The notes beneath the pieces are model-generated. The model worked only from the letters and a program-made list of their open reading frames with translations. It searched no databases and was not told the origin of the DNA. From a virus, in IMG/VR virus record IMGVR_UViG_3300042898_002514: a stretch of 64,000 bases of DNA; one strand, written 5' to 3'. The translations under genes were made by a program, and so were the position numbers. Positions 13,806 through 23,449 of this stretch are shown one piece after another (the first letter of the stretch is position 1; each line of letters starts with the position of its first letter).

Positions 13806-14411
13806 TTAAACATAGATGACGTAATCTGAATATTTTTGTATACTATCTGTTAACACAGATTTTAAAGATTCTTTTATAGGTCCTTGATACATAATTAGTT
13901 GTTTGTTATATCGAGGATTAAAATCAGTGCCGTGTTTTACTTTTGCATCATCATACCACCAAGTGTTAGTATCTTCCGGTAATTTTAGATAGTGCTTGTT
14001 CGTATTACTATCTTCATACCACCAAGTTTGTTTTGGATTGTTATCAGTTAATAAACTTCTTATTGAATTGTATCCTGAAATTGAGGCAAAGTCTTGATGA
14101 GCGTAGACCTTAGTGAAACTTTGCAACATCCGAACTACATGTACTTCAATAGGAAGTTTATCTAAGTGATCAAACAATGATGGAAATAGTTCAGGACAGT
14201 TTACATTCTTACATGTGTACGGCATAATATCATTTGAGTCTATACCTGGTTTAACATAGATATCAAATCCCACCCAATAGGCTTGTGCTAAGTTTTTTGT
14301 CTGCAATGACTTCGGAACAAATTTTTTATTTTTCTCCCATACTTTATTCCATATTTCCCAGTCATTGGGTACAACCTTAGGAAAAATTAATGGTATTGAT
14401 ACAGGAATCAT
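13806..14411 (-). CDS. 2OG-Fe(II) oxygenase-like protein, family A
   Basis: AHQD...LPEDTNTW...KHGT; C-term SIQKYSDYVIY. Confidence 0.6.
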   Translation of the reverse strand: MIPVSIPLIFPKVVPNDWEIWNKVWEKNKKFVPKSLQTKNLAQAYWVGFDIYVKPGIDSNDIMPYTCKNVNCPELFPSLFDHLDKLPIEVHVVRMLQSFTKVYAHQDFASISGYNSIRSLLTDNNPKQTWWYEDSNTNKHYLKLPEDTNTWWYDDAKVKHGTDFNPRYNKQLIMYQGPIKESLKSVLTDSIQKYSDYVIYV

Positions 14412-15010
14412 TTCACAGTGCTCCAATCAAAATTAAACGTAGAATCCAATTTTTCATATATTACCCATTGCTTAGTATATTGTATCATTACAGGGAATTC
14501 TACTTCAATTAAATTGTTGTAAAAAAGATGACGGGGTTGTCGAGTAGTAATCCTTTCTTTAGTCTCACCTAATCGTCGTTTTTGGAAGACCTGTATAAGA
14601 TTTTTGTTATAATCATTAAATGTTAATGCTATAATTTTTATGTTTTTTTCTTGGCACCAGATTTTTTGTATAGGAAATAGATATTCCCTAAGAATGCTTT
14701 GATGACGATAAATTTTATTAACCCATGTCCTTACACCCACAAATGCAACATCTTGAGAAAAATTACTAATATATACACCCCCGCAAGCAACTATAGTTTC
14801 TCCGTCAAATACTATATGGTATGCACCACTGTTATCATTAAATCTATCTGTTTTATTTAAGATAAAAGGCAATGTATGTTTTTCATTTTTCCAATCCTTG
14901 TGCCACATATTAATATTAGCAGATTTTAATTCTAAGTGTGTCGACTCAAGAAAAAAATAAAAGTTTGTTTTTTCAATAGCGGACAAATTGTTATATGTTG
15001 AAACTCTCAT
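14408..15010 (-). CDS. GNAT-like acyltransferase
   Basis: IVACGGVY...RTWVNKIYR motif-A-like segment. Confidence 0.5.
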   Translation of the reverse strand: MRVSTYNNLSAIEKTNFYFFLESTHLELKSANINMWHKDWKNEKHTLPFILNKTDRFNDNSGAYHIVFDGETIVACGGVYISNFSQDVAFVGVRTWVNKIYRHQSILREYLFPIQKIWCQEKNIKIIALTFNDYNKNLIQVFQKRRLGETKERITTRQPRHLFYNNLIEVEFPVMIQYTKQWVIYEKLDSTFNFDWSTVK

Positions 15011-15023
15011 TTTACCTTGATAC

Positions 15024-15644
15024 TTAATTATAAATGATGTAATCTTTATATTTTTCGATGCTTCTATTTAGAAGTTCTAGATGTTTTGTAGAATCTAGTT
15101 TGCCTGCAATAAACATTGTGATTTTTCTATACTCTTTTGGGGCTAAAAACGATCCGTGATATCCTAGATGATTATTTAGAATAAACCAATCAGTGGTATC
15201 GGGAAGTATAGGAAATACTGGATTTAATTTTTCTCTAGATCTTGCATCATACTGAACAATATCGGGATTTGTAGAGTTTGGTAATACATAAAATGTCTCT
15301 AACATGTCACGCATTACTAGATTTTTGTAAGCAGTAGGTCCTAGATTGGAGGGCGCTAGGGACTTGGCAATGGGATCTTGGTGCGGTTTATTATTGACAA
15401 ATTGCTCTCTAAAATCAAAATGTCCACCGTTATCATAATCTAACAACGGAATTGCTCGTAGTTTTTCATCCAGATCTGGAAAAAGTTTCAATAGTTCCGG
15501 ATCAATTGGCTGATTTGTTTTTTTAAAGTTAACCCAATTCCAATCTTGATGTCTTTCTTTTCTAGCATCAAAGTATTCTAATGTCTTGTCTCTGTTTAAT
15601 TCCAGCTTAGGCAGATCAATCGGTAGCAATATAATATTGTTCAT
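15024..15644 (-). CDS. 2OG-Fe(II) oxygenase-like protein, family A
   Basis: PHQD...LPDTTDWFILNNH..YHGS; N-term ILLPIDLP; C-term SIEKYKDYII. Confidence 0.6.
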   Translation of the reverse strand: MNNIILLPIDLPKLELNRDKTLEYFDARKERHQDWNWVNFKKTNQPIDPELLKLFPDLDEKLRAIPLLDYDNGGHFDFREQFVNNKPHQDPIAKSLAPSNLGPTAYKNLVMRDMLETFYVLPNSTNPDIVQYDARSREKLNPVFPILPDTTDWFILNNHLGYHGSFLAPKEYRKITMFIAGKLDSTKHLELLNRSIEKYKDYIIYN

Positions 15645-15687
15645 ATGTTATTTAATCAGGCGTCATGAGTTACATAATAAATACTGA

Positions 15688-16440
15688 GTGAAACTATTTT
15701 CGTCTTCCCCGAATACATTGCGTATAATCCAACTCTTGTCAATCGCACTTATTATAGTGTGTCCATTCGTTGCAGATGTTTCTTGGCAATACATATTGCT
15801 ATCCGTATTGATGTTCTACGGGTATAGTGTGTTGGGAATCAGCATGATGCTGCACAGATATTACAGCCACAAAAGTTTTAAACTAAACTCAGTGATCAAA
15901 TGGTTCTTTACTGTGTTTGCTGTGCTATCAGGCCGCGGAAGTCCCCTAGGTTGGGTGTATATACACCGTATTCATCACGCAACTTCTGACACCGAAAAAG
16001 ATCCTCACAGTCCGCATTACGATACTTTTAAGTTTATAGGATTTAAACCTATACAAGAAAATACAAAAATCAATCACTTTATTGTAAAAGAATTATTAAC
16101 TACCGCACACATAAAAATTGACAAGTATTATCTTTTGCTAATACTAAGTTTCCTAGTATTGTTGTCTATAATTGATTTTAATTTGATATTTTATATGTGG
16201 GCTATTCCTGTATTTGTAGTCAGTGTGACTCAAACTATGTTTAATTATTTTGCACATATGAAGGGTTATCGAAATTTTGAAACAACAGATCGTAGCACTA
16301 ACAATTTGTATCTTTGGCCGTTTATACTAGGCGATGCTTGGCATAATAATCACCATGCCAACGCCCAAAAAACTTCGACAAAAGTATTAAAATATGAATA
16401 CGATCCAATTGGAGTATTAATAAATTTTATAAAACAATAA
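15688..16440 (+). CDS. membrane fatty-acid (delta-9-like) desaturase
   Basis: His boxes HRYYSH, HRIHH, HNNHH; DPHSP; TM segments. Confidence 0.92.
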   Translation: MKLFSSSPNTLRIIQLLSIALIIVCPFVADVSWQYILLSVLMFYGYSVLGISMMLHRYYSHKSFKLNSVIKWFFTVFAVLSGRGSPLGWVYIHRIHHATSDTEKDPHSPHYDTFKFIGFKPIQENTKINHFIVKELLTTAHIKIDKYYLLLILSFLVLLSIIDFNLIFYMWAIPVFVVSVTQTMFNYFAHMKGYRNFETTDRSTNNLYLWPFILGDAWHNNHHANAQKTSTKVLKYEYDPIGVLINFIKQ

Positions 16441-16444
16441 CACT

Positions 16445-17026
16445 ATGACAGAAGTTCGTGAAATTACTGGCAATCAAGAGTACGAAGAATTTTGTAAACA
16501 AATTATTTTTTCTCGTAAAAAAATAAGCGGTACTACTCCAATATCCCCCGAACGTTATCAAGCTCTTCGAGAAGAATCTAAATCTAACAATTCTGTAGGA
16601 ATTGGTTATTTTGAAGATGGTAAATTAATTAGTTGGATAACTGTAGGGTTTTACGAAAGTAAGATGCGAGGAAAATTTTGGGTAATCTCAAATTTTTTTA
16701 GTTCTGTTTATACGTCTTATTTTAATTTTAACCGGCCCGAATTTGGAATGTTGTTTAAAGCGGCATTTGACATAGCAGAAGGGCGAGGGTATCATCAATA
16801 CTTTTACAGTATAGCAGAAAGACTAGAACGGGTATACGAAAGACAATGGAAGAAAAATTCATATGCAATTCAAGGAAAGTATGACTTGACTACACTGGCT
16901 GTTGTTCCAGCAAATACCAAACCAGAATTTGAATTGTACTGGAGATTAATGGGACAGGAATTGAAACCAGATAATATTGTTATAAAATCTAGAAAACTTA
17001 AAGGCCACAATTTACCTGATAAATAG
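16445..17026 (+). CDS. hypothetical protein, possibly GNAT-fold
   Basis: 193-aa ORF between the two desaturases. Confidence 0.6.
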   Translation: MTEVREITGNQEYEEFCKQIIFSRKKISGTTPISPERYQALREESKSNNSVGIGYFEDGKLISWITVGFYESKMRGKFWVISNFFSSVYTSYFNFNRPEFGMLFKAAFDIAEGRGYHQYFYSIAERLERVYERQWKKNSYAIQGKYDLTTLAVVPANTKPEFELYWRLMGQELKPDNIVIKSRKLKGHNLPDK

Positions 17027-17030
17027 TTGC

Positions 17031-17804
17031 ATGAAGAACTATTTTTCAAGCAGTACGTTGGGTGCCCAACTATTTTTAATCATATCTTTGCTAGGATCTA
17101 TACTAGGCGTATATATCTACGGCATGAGTGCAATTGAATTGTTGTTAGTTTTACTAGGTTACTTTGTTTACGGGTGTTTAGGAATCGTAATAACATATCA
17201 TAGACGGTTAACGCATAACAGTTACAAAACATATCCATGGTTAACTAAAATACTTTCAGTTGTAGGCTGTTTTGCGGGCACCGGCAGTCCATTAGCCTGG
17301 GTTGCTATTCATATCAACCATCACTTAAAGAGCGACAAACCAGAAGACCCACACAGTCCTTTACACAAAGGCGTTAAAATTTTTACACTAGATTATGTTA
17401 ATCAAATCAGTGCGGATACTAAATGGCGTATGCGTGATCTAGTTACTGATAAATTTCAACAGTTCTTACACCGTTATTATTTTGCCATTCTTATAGCTTA
17501 TAGTGCTGTACTTTTTGTTGCCGGCGGCTTCTGGTTAATGGTATTTGCACATTGGATGCCAGCAGTGATTACTGGACTTATGAGTAATGTAGTTAACTAT
17601 GTAGGGCATATGCCAAACTGGTTTGGCGGTTATCGAACTTATAATCTATCAGATCAAAGCACAAATAATTGGTTATGGTCAATTCCCAGTTGGGGAGAAA
17701 GTTGGCACAACAATCATCACAGATATCCTAAGAATTCATACTTTGGTACAAAGTGGTGGGAAGTTGACATATCAGGTCTAATTATTAAATTGATAAAGAT
17801 TTAA
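17031..17804 (+). CDS. membrane fatty-acid desaturase
   Basis: HRRLTH, HINHH, GESWHNNHH. Confidence 0.92.
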   Translation: MKNYFSSSTLGAQLFLIISLLGSILGVYIYGMSAIELLLVLLGYFVYGCLGIVITYHRRLTHNSYKTYPWLTKILSVVGCFAGTGSPLAWVAIHINHHLKSDKPEDPHSPLHKGVKIFTLDYVNQISADTKWRMRDLVTDKFQQFLHRYYFAILIAYSAVLFVAGGFWLMVFAHWMPAVITGLMSNVVNYVGHMPNWFGGYRTYNLSDQSTNNWLWSIPSWGESWHNNHHRYPKNSYFGTKWWEVDISGLIIKLIKI

Positions 17805-18236
17805 ATGTTTCTTCTGTATTTCTTTCTATGGACGTTAATTCTATATTGGATTCATAGAATAGGGCACAAACTGCCTGTAGTACGTACTATACATATGCAT
17901 CACCATAGATTTGTATTAAACCATACTACAACGTGGCATTGGTCTAATTTAGTATTATTTAATGATGATTGGACTAGCACGTTAGACTTATGGCTCACTG
18001 AAGTTATTCCTACATTGTTGTTTAGTTTAGTAACTGGTCAATGGTGGATTAGTGTGTTCTATTATATATGGGCTGCATTTATACAAGAATCAATAGAACA
18101 TAATTCAAATTTTAATTTACCTATTCTTACTAGTGGTAAATGGCATTTGATTCATCATCGGAATAATTCTAATTATGGGCTATTCATGCCAATATGGGAC
18201 ATAATATTCGGAACTCACAAAAATGTATACAAGTGA
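17805..18236 (+). CDS. sterol desaturase/fatty-acid hydroxylase family protein
   Basis: YWIHRIGH, HMHHH, HLIHH..NYG...WD..FGT. Confidence 0.85.
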   Translation: MFLLYFFLWTLILYWIHRIGHKLPVVRTIHMHHHRFVLNHTTTWHWSNLVLFNDDWTSTLDLWLTEVIPTLLFSLVTGQWWISVFYYIWAAFIQESIEHNSNFNLPILTSGKWHLIHHRNNSNYGLFMPIWDIIFGTHKNVYK

Positions 18237-19143
18237 AAATAATTGGTATCAATGGAAATACGGCAATGATGCTTTATTTGGGAGACAAATTGAAAATAAA
18301 GAGCTTAAAACCATTTACACTAAAATGGATAGACCATTATTATCGTTCAAAGAAGAATTAATCGAAGCAGCCAAAAGCACTATAGATCATTATCCAGGAT
18401 TAAGACCTTGCATATTTTTTAGTGGTGGAGTAGATAGCGAAATAATACTACGTTCCTACCTAGCAATTGGCTCAAACCCTAAGGTTTATGTTGTTAGGTA
18501 CGAAAATGATCTAAACATTTATGATGTAAGTTATGCCGTTACCGTATGTTCTATTCTTAATATTGATTATACAATAGTAGACTTTAACTTAAAAAAGTTT
18601 TATGAAAACGATGCAGTAAAAGTATCAGAAGATGCACAAATAGATAGACCTAGAATGCTACCCCATCTTAAATTTACAGACTGTGCCGATGGGTTAATTA
18701 TTGTAGGGCATAGTGATGTAAGATGGTATCGTACAGATGATGACTATAGTAAAAAGGGTACTTGGTTGATGCAAGATTTTGAACACGATTTAGGATGTGA
18801 CAAATACAACATTCTACATAATCGTCCTGCAATTTATCAATGGTTTAAGTGGTCACCTGGATTGGTTTTAGGGTATACTACGTTAACCTGGTTTAAAAAA
18901 TTAGTAAACGACGAATACCGTGGACGATTAGGCATCAATTCTACAAAAATACTAGGCTTTCGAGAAATGTATCCCGATATTATCGAACGCAAGAAACAGA
19001 CAGGATTTGAAAAAATTGATGATCTAGTTGCTGAAGTTCAACTTGTATTGAAAAATAAGTACAATGGTTTGCCCTACAGGCAACAAATAGATAGAACTAT
19101 AACTCAACTTTATAATGAAATTAAAGGCCCAATTAATAAGTAA
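18223..19143 (+). CDS. asparagine-synthase-like PP-loop ATP pyrophosphatase
   Basis: FSGGVDSE PP-loop; RKKQTGFE near C-terminus. Confidence 0.7.
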   Translation: MYTSENNWYQWKYGNDALFGRQIENKELKTIYTKMDRPLLSFKEELIEAAKSTIDHYPGLRPCIFFSGGVDSEIILRSYLAIGSNPKVYVVRYENDLNIYDVSYAVTVCSILNIDYTIVDFNLKKFYENDAVKVSEDAQIDRPRMLPHLKFTDCADGLIIVGHSDVRWYRTDDDYSKKGTWLMQDFEHDLGCDKYNILHNRPAIYQWFKWSPGLVLGYTTLTWFKKLVNDEYRGRLGINSTKILGFREMYPDIIERKKQTGFEKIDDLVAEVQLVLKNKYNGLPYRQQIDRTITQLYNEIKGPINK

Positions 19144-19284
19144 CTGTGGGTTTTACAAAGTAGCGGATAAAACTTGTAATAACGAAATTTATGAATCAAC
19201 TTGTATTAATTCTCCTATAGTAAGAAATTTTTAAACATGTGTCTTTGATATGTAAATACTACCTATACTACAGAGGCAGTCACG

Positions 19285-19917
19285 ATGAAATTTCAAAAAA
19301 TAACAGACGAGTTAACAATTTATGATAGGACTATTTTAAAAATAAAAGTAATAGATACTCATTACACATCTGAATTAAAAAATCATTCAACATTTATTAT
19401 TGGAAATAATTGTAAGATGGTATCGGCATCTTATCAAATTAACGGAAAATTTGGCGCCTGCGTAAATGAAAATATTGTATTAGATGGGAGTGCATTGATT
19501 ATTGAAACTCCCGGATACAAATTTCAAGAGCAACAATTGGTAACATTTGATCCTACTATTCAGGGTCAATTAAGTTATATAGATGGTTGCTCAAATACCA
19601 ATATTATTAATCCGTTGCGTAACGGAGATCCCTGTATAAATTATTTGTTTTTTCCTAACGATATAAAGCAAACATTTCACACACATCCTAGTATTCGAAT
19701 AGGCGTAATATTAGAAGGTAGGGGATTTGCTGAAATTGACAAAGAAGTAGTTGAATTATCCAAAGGTGATCGATTTATTTTAGACAGACACGCTAGACAT
19801 AGATTTTTTACAACAGACTCTTTTATGAGTTTAGCTGTTTTTCATCCAGATAGTGAAGACGGTCCAAAAGATGAAGCTAACCCTATGAAAACTAGAACAT
19901 ATATAAATAATCAATAA
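19285..19917 (+). CDS. cupin-domain protein
   Basis: YIDGCS..QTFHTHPSIRIG..H.F.T..FHPDS. Confidence 0.75.
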   Translation: MKFQKITDELTIYDRTILKIKVIDTHYTSELKNHSTFIIGNNCKMVSASYQINGKFGACVNENIVLDGSALIIETPGYKFQEQQLVTFDPTIQGQLSYIDGCSNTNIINPLRNGDPCINYLFFPNDIKQTFHTHPSIRIGVILEGRGFAEIDKEVVELSKGDRFILDRHARHRFFTTDSFMSLAVFHPDSEDGPKDEANPMKTRTYINNQ

Positions 19918-19929
19918 TTGGAGATAACA

Positions 19930-20235
19930 ATGATTAAAATTAAAAGAGAATATACAAGACCTTCTGCAGATATTCCTTGGCACGGGGATGTCTTACCAGC
20001 CGTCGAATTTAAGACCAAATTACAAACTTATATTGATTCAAGTAAACACATTTCGTATAATATCACATATAGCGAAGATGGATTGAAAATGTTTTATGAA
20101 GGAGTTTGGGTTGATCGTGCGGCTTTTGACGAATACGATGTTGACCCGGACCTTGTCCCGTACTGGGATTTAAGAAACGAATACTACTCTTCTGTTGGTA
20201 TTACTATAGGTCCTAAAATTTTTGAAGATATTTAA
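19930..20235 (+). CDS. hypothetical protein
   Basis: GGAG SD; TATAAATA upstream. Confidence 0.7.
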   Translation: MIKIKREYTRPSADIPWHGDVLPAVEFKTKLQTYIDSSKHISYNITYSEDGLKMFYEGVWVDRAAFDEYDVDPDLVPYWDLRNEYYSSVGITIGPKIFEDI

Positions 20236-21110
20236 TATATTAAGTTTTTAGGAACTAATACAACATCTCCTATATAGGGGTCCCAATTCGCGGACCCCTT
20301 ATTTTTTAATAGAGTTATTATGGTATCTGCTAATTTCATATTTTCAAAATTTAAAGTTTTAAGAGGAGATACAAAATTCATCTTTACTAAATCTGCCAGC
20401 AATATACTCTTAGGATCATAAAAAAACTTACCATTAGTTCTCAACTTATTGCTGTTTAAAATATGATACCACGAATCAAAAATCCTGCTATAAAAATTCA
20501 TTTCGCCAGATTTTTTATAAAAATTTAAAGATTGCTGATAAGCTATTTCAGTTAGATGCATAGGTATGTAAAACACACTAGAATCGTAATTGGTAATTTT
20601 TCTATTAAAGATAGTTAGGTATTTGTTTACACTATCTTTTTCTAGATCACCCTCTCCTACAATTATATAAAAATCACTTGGAATTAATTTTAAAATATAT
20701 GGGACTGTAGAGTACGTGGGCCAACATACTTCAGTAATTTTAAAATTTTCATGTATTATTGATTTTAGAATATCATCAATGGAAAATTCATAAATGTTTA
20801 ATTTAACACCATATTTCTTAGCAATATCCTCAACTATTATTTTTGTAGAATCATTAATTCCGTTAATATGAAAGAAAAAATATTCTACCGGAATGTCGTT
20901 TAGGTGTATGTAATGTGCAATTAATTCACTGTCAATTCCAGAAAGGCACAGACCAATTTTATCAAGTCCTAAACCTGTCATCTCTTGTTTGATATCTTTT
21001 ACAGTTTTATCAACTGCATCAAAGAACGTATCTGTAGTTACTTTATCAAAATTATCTATTTGGTATGTGAACTTTTTTGTATTTTTATCAAATGTATAAA
21101 TTCTATTCAT
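20232..21110 (-). CDS. asparagine-synthase-like PP-loop protein
   Basis: CLSGIDSE; IVGEGD. Confidence 0.6.
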   Translation of the reverse strand: MNRIYTFDKNTKKFTYQIDNFDKVTTDTFFDAVDKTVKDIKQEMTGLGLDKIGLCLSGIDSELIAHYIHLNDIPVEYFFFHINGINDSTKIIVEDIAKKYGVKLNIYEFSIDDILKSIIHENFKITEVCWPTYSTVPYILKLIPSDFYIIVGEGDLEKDSVNKYLTIFNRKITNYDSSVFYIPMHLTEIAYQQSLNFYKKSGEMNFYSRIFDSWYHILNSNKLRTNGKFFYDPKSILLADLVKMNFVSPLKTLNFENMKLADTIITLLKNKGSANWDPYIGDVVLVPKNLIY

Positions 21111-22221
21111 GTTTAAAATTTGTAATGTGATTTGTATCATCAAATACATCACTAAGATCTATAGATTGTGTTACACTTTGATCAGCAGTGATTGCGTTAA
21201 ATCTTGGACGTAGATATAATATATTTTTTAAACTTGGTCTTTTTACTTTTTGCAAATATTCATTAGACCCTAATACGCTACACACAAACTTTTTTGCAGA
21301 AATCTTATATGTATTCCATGATCCTAGATGTTTAGACTCTTGATTGTTCATACTCCATAATTGAAAATTTGTGGTATCAAAAAATGGAAAATATCGATCA
21401 TCTAACCAAGCAGTATTAATATTGTTTGTTACGTTGCTAAACAAAAATAATCGATAATAAACATATATCCATTTCCATGTAAAATTATACCACCAAAACA
21501 GATCCCAAACTTGATTATTATGATTCGGGCACGTTTTTAGATTTTCAATAAACAATGATGTCCACATTTTTGCTGATCTTGATGATATTTTTTTAGAGTC
21601 CATAAAAAACTTTACCATTGTATCAAAATTAATTGTCTTGTTTAATGAACCGGGACCACCCCACAGTTCATAACTTTGTTGAATATCTGCACCAAATAAT
21701 TGATCATTTAGTTCGCCGATAACGTAAATCCAATTACCTATGTCCTTATCACTATAAGAAAAATCACTATTTTCAACTTTGAAATGTGGTCTTATAAATT
21801 TATACCACATTTCTGGATTTTCATCGACACTGTTTTGATTCATTTTTATAGTAATTCTTTTTGAGGCTTGTTCTACTCCTAGAAGTTTGATAAACGAGGA
21901 TACAATCACACTCGAATCAATTCCTCCACTATACATAATTTGTATTGGAATATCGAGATCTTCTTGTTGTTTTAATATTTGTGCAGCACGTTCTATTACA
22001 CATTCTTCATATGTAATACTTGAATTTTTAAATTCTGGTAGCCTAAATTTATCAGGAACGTATGTTCGTATAGGAAATCTAAATGTATTGGTTCTATCAT
22101 TGATGCCTATACAACGATCCTGAATAATGCTATAAAAGTCTAACCATTCTTTAAATTTGGGATCAGCAATTAATTGAGCATTAAGAATATCAGCTTGATA
22201 TGCTATCAACGATTGTGTCAT
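21103..22221 (-). CDS. asparagine-synthase C-terminal-domain-like protein
   Basis: YSGGIDSS and IGELNDQLFG motifs; PFFD. Confidence 0.75.
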   Translation of the reverse strand: MTQSLIAYQADILNAQLIADPKFKEWLDFYSIIQDRCIGINDRTNTFRFPIRTYVPDKFRLPEFKNSSITYEECVIERAAQILKQQEDLDIPIQIMYSGGIDSSVIVSSFIKLLGVEQASKRITIKMNQNSVDENPEMWYKFIRPHFKVENSDFSYSDKDIGNWIYVIGELNDQLFGADIQQSYELWGGPGSLNKTINFDTMVKFFMDSKKISSRSAKMWTSLFIENLKTCPNHNNQVWDLFWWYNFTWKWIYVYYRLFLFSNVTNNINTAWLDDRYFPFFDTTNFQLWSMNNQESKHLGSWNTYKISAKKFVCSVLGSNEYLQKVKRPSLKNILYLRPRFNAITADQSVTQSIDLSDVFDDTNHITNFKHE

Positions 22222-22805
22222 ACAACAGCCATCCTACTAATAATTTTGTTTTCTATAATATCTAATTTACTAATATCATTTTCCAAAATAATCACTTCCA
22301 TAAAATAATCAATGGTAGATTGTAATTTTATTAATATATGATTAAACGAGTCAGATTTAATTTTTAATTCTTTCAATGCTTCTTCTTTTGTTAAGCCTCT
22401 ACCGCTTACATAGTCATCTAATAATTTTTCGTTTTTTGATTCTAACATATCATTTATTAAGTAGGCTACGGCTGGATTAAAGAAAAAATTACAAGTTGAT
22501 AGTGATTTTGCAGTAACAAAGAATAGTACTTTAACAATTTTTCGTTTTTTTAATGCTAACAATTTTTTAAGTTTTATGTACTCAGGAACTTCGGTATCTA
22601 ACTTTAACTCTATGCCTTGTTTAGAAATGCACAGGCAATTATCTTCAATATTTTTGTCGGTAATATTTTTGTAAAAGTCATAGTGTGGATAAAGTGCTAT
22701 AATGTCTACATCAAATAAAGAAGACTTTAAACTTGTAGATAATCTAGTATCTTCCACATACGTAAGTATTACACGGGTCGCAGCATCGACTATAATATAT
22801 TTCAT
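22218..22805 (-). CDS. hypothetical protein
   Basis: ATGA-coupled to the downstream gene. Confidence 0.65.
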   Translation of the reverse strand: MKYIIVDAATRVILTYVEDTRLSTSLKSSLFDVDIIALYPHYDFYKNITDKNIEDNCLCISKQGIELKLDTEVPEYIKLKKLLALKKRKIVKVLFFVTAKSLSTCNFFFNPAVAYLINDMLESKNEKLLDDYVSGRGLTKEEALKELKIKSDSFNHILIKLQSTIDYFMEVIILENDISKLDIIENKIISRMAVV

Positions 22806-22822
22806 GTTAAATGCCAGAATTT

Positions 22823-23275
22823 TTAAATTTCTTTAATCATCAAGTAGAAGAAAGGCTTCATTCCTACCTTTTCAGCAGATTTCTGTCGAACAAGATTTTT
22901 AACGTGTACATAACTTGAAATGTATTGACAACCTTTTTCTTTTGCAATTTGCTCAAAGTGCTTGTGAAGTATTGTATAGATACCTCTGCCTCTGCAAGTT
23001 TCGTCAACAGCACTAAGAGTGATCCAAAGATGATTGGGCCTAACTGTATCATATACAATATGACCCAAAATCTTGCCATCTTGTTCTGCATAAACAGCTC
23101 CGCAGGTTTTATCATCCCATGTGGTAATAGATGTTCCAAATCCTTTATCGATTAGTTCTGCCATTTGTCGCAGAAAGAATGTATAAATGGGGCTCTTGCC
23201 AAGTTGATCGGTCCTGAAAACGTTTATTTCATTGCCTAGTTTGTCTGTCTCACTGTTTAGGAATACTGGTTTCAT
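22823..23275 (-). CDS. GNAT family acetyltransferase
   Basis: AVDETCRGRGIY motif A; N..RQKSAEKVGM motif B. Confidence 0.88.
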   Translation of the reverse strand: MKPVFLNSETDKLGNEINVFRTDQLGKSPIYTFFLRQMAELIDKGFGTSITTWDDKTCGAVYAEQDGKILGHIVYDTVRPNHLWITLSAVDETCRGRGIYTILHKHFEQIAKEKGCQYISSYVHVKNLVRQKSAEKVGMKPFFYLMIKEI

Positions 23276-23449
23276 GCCTATATTTAACCATCAACTGTAG
23301 GTGCTTAAAAATTAGTTGTCTATTAAACTAGCATAATACTTTGTTTTTGGGTATAAATTCGTGTTTGCTATCATAACTCACAGTAGAATTTAACACTCCA
23401 AGTTATCATAATGCGAATAAATACAAGTTAAGATATTCAGGAGTTTAAA

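Noticed and set aside
18223-22221. Lasso-peptide gene cluster
   Set aside because: AsnB-like genes are present, but I found no precursor peptide, RRE or transglutaminase-like peptidase.
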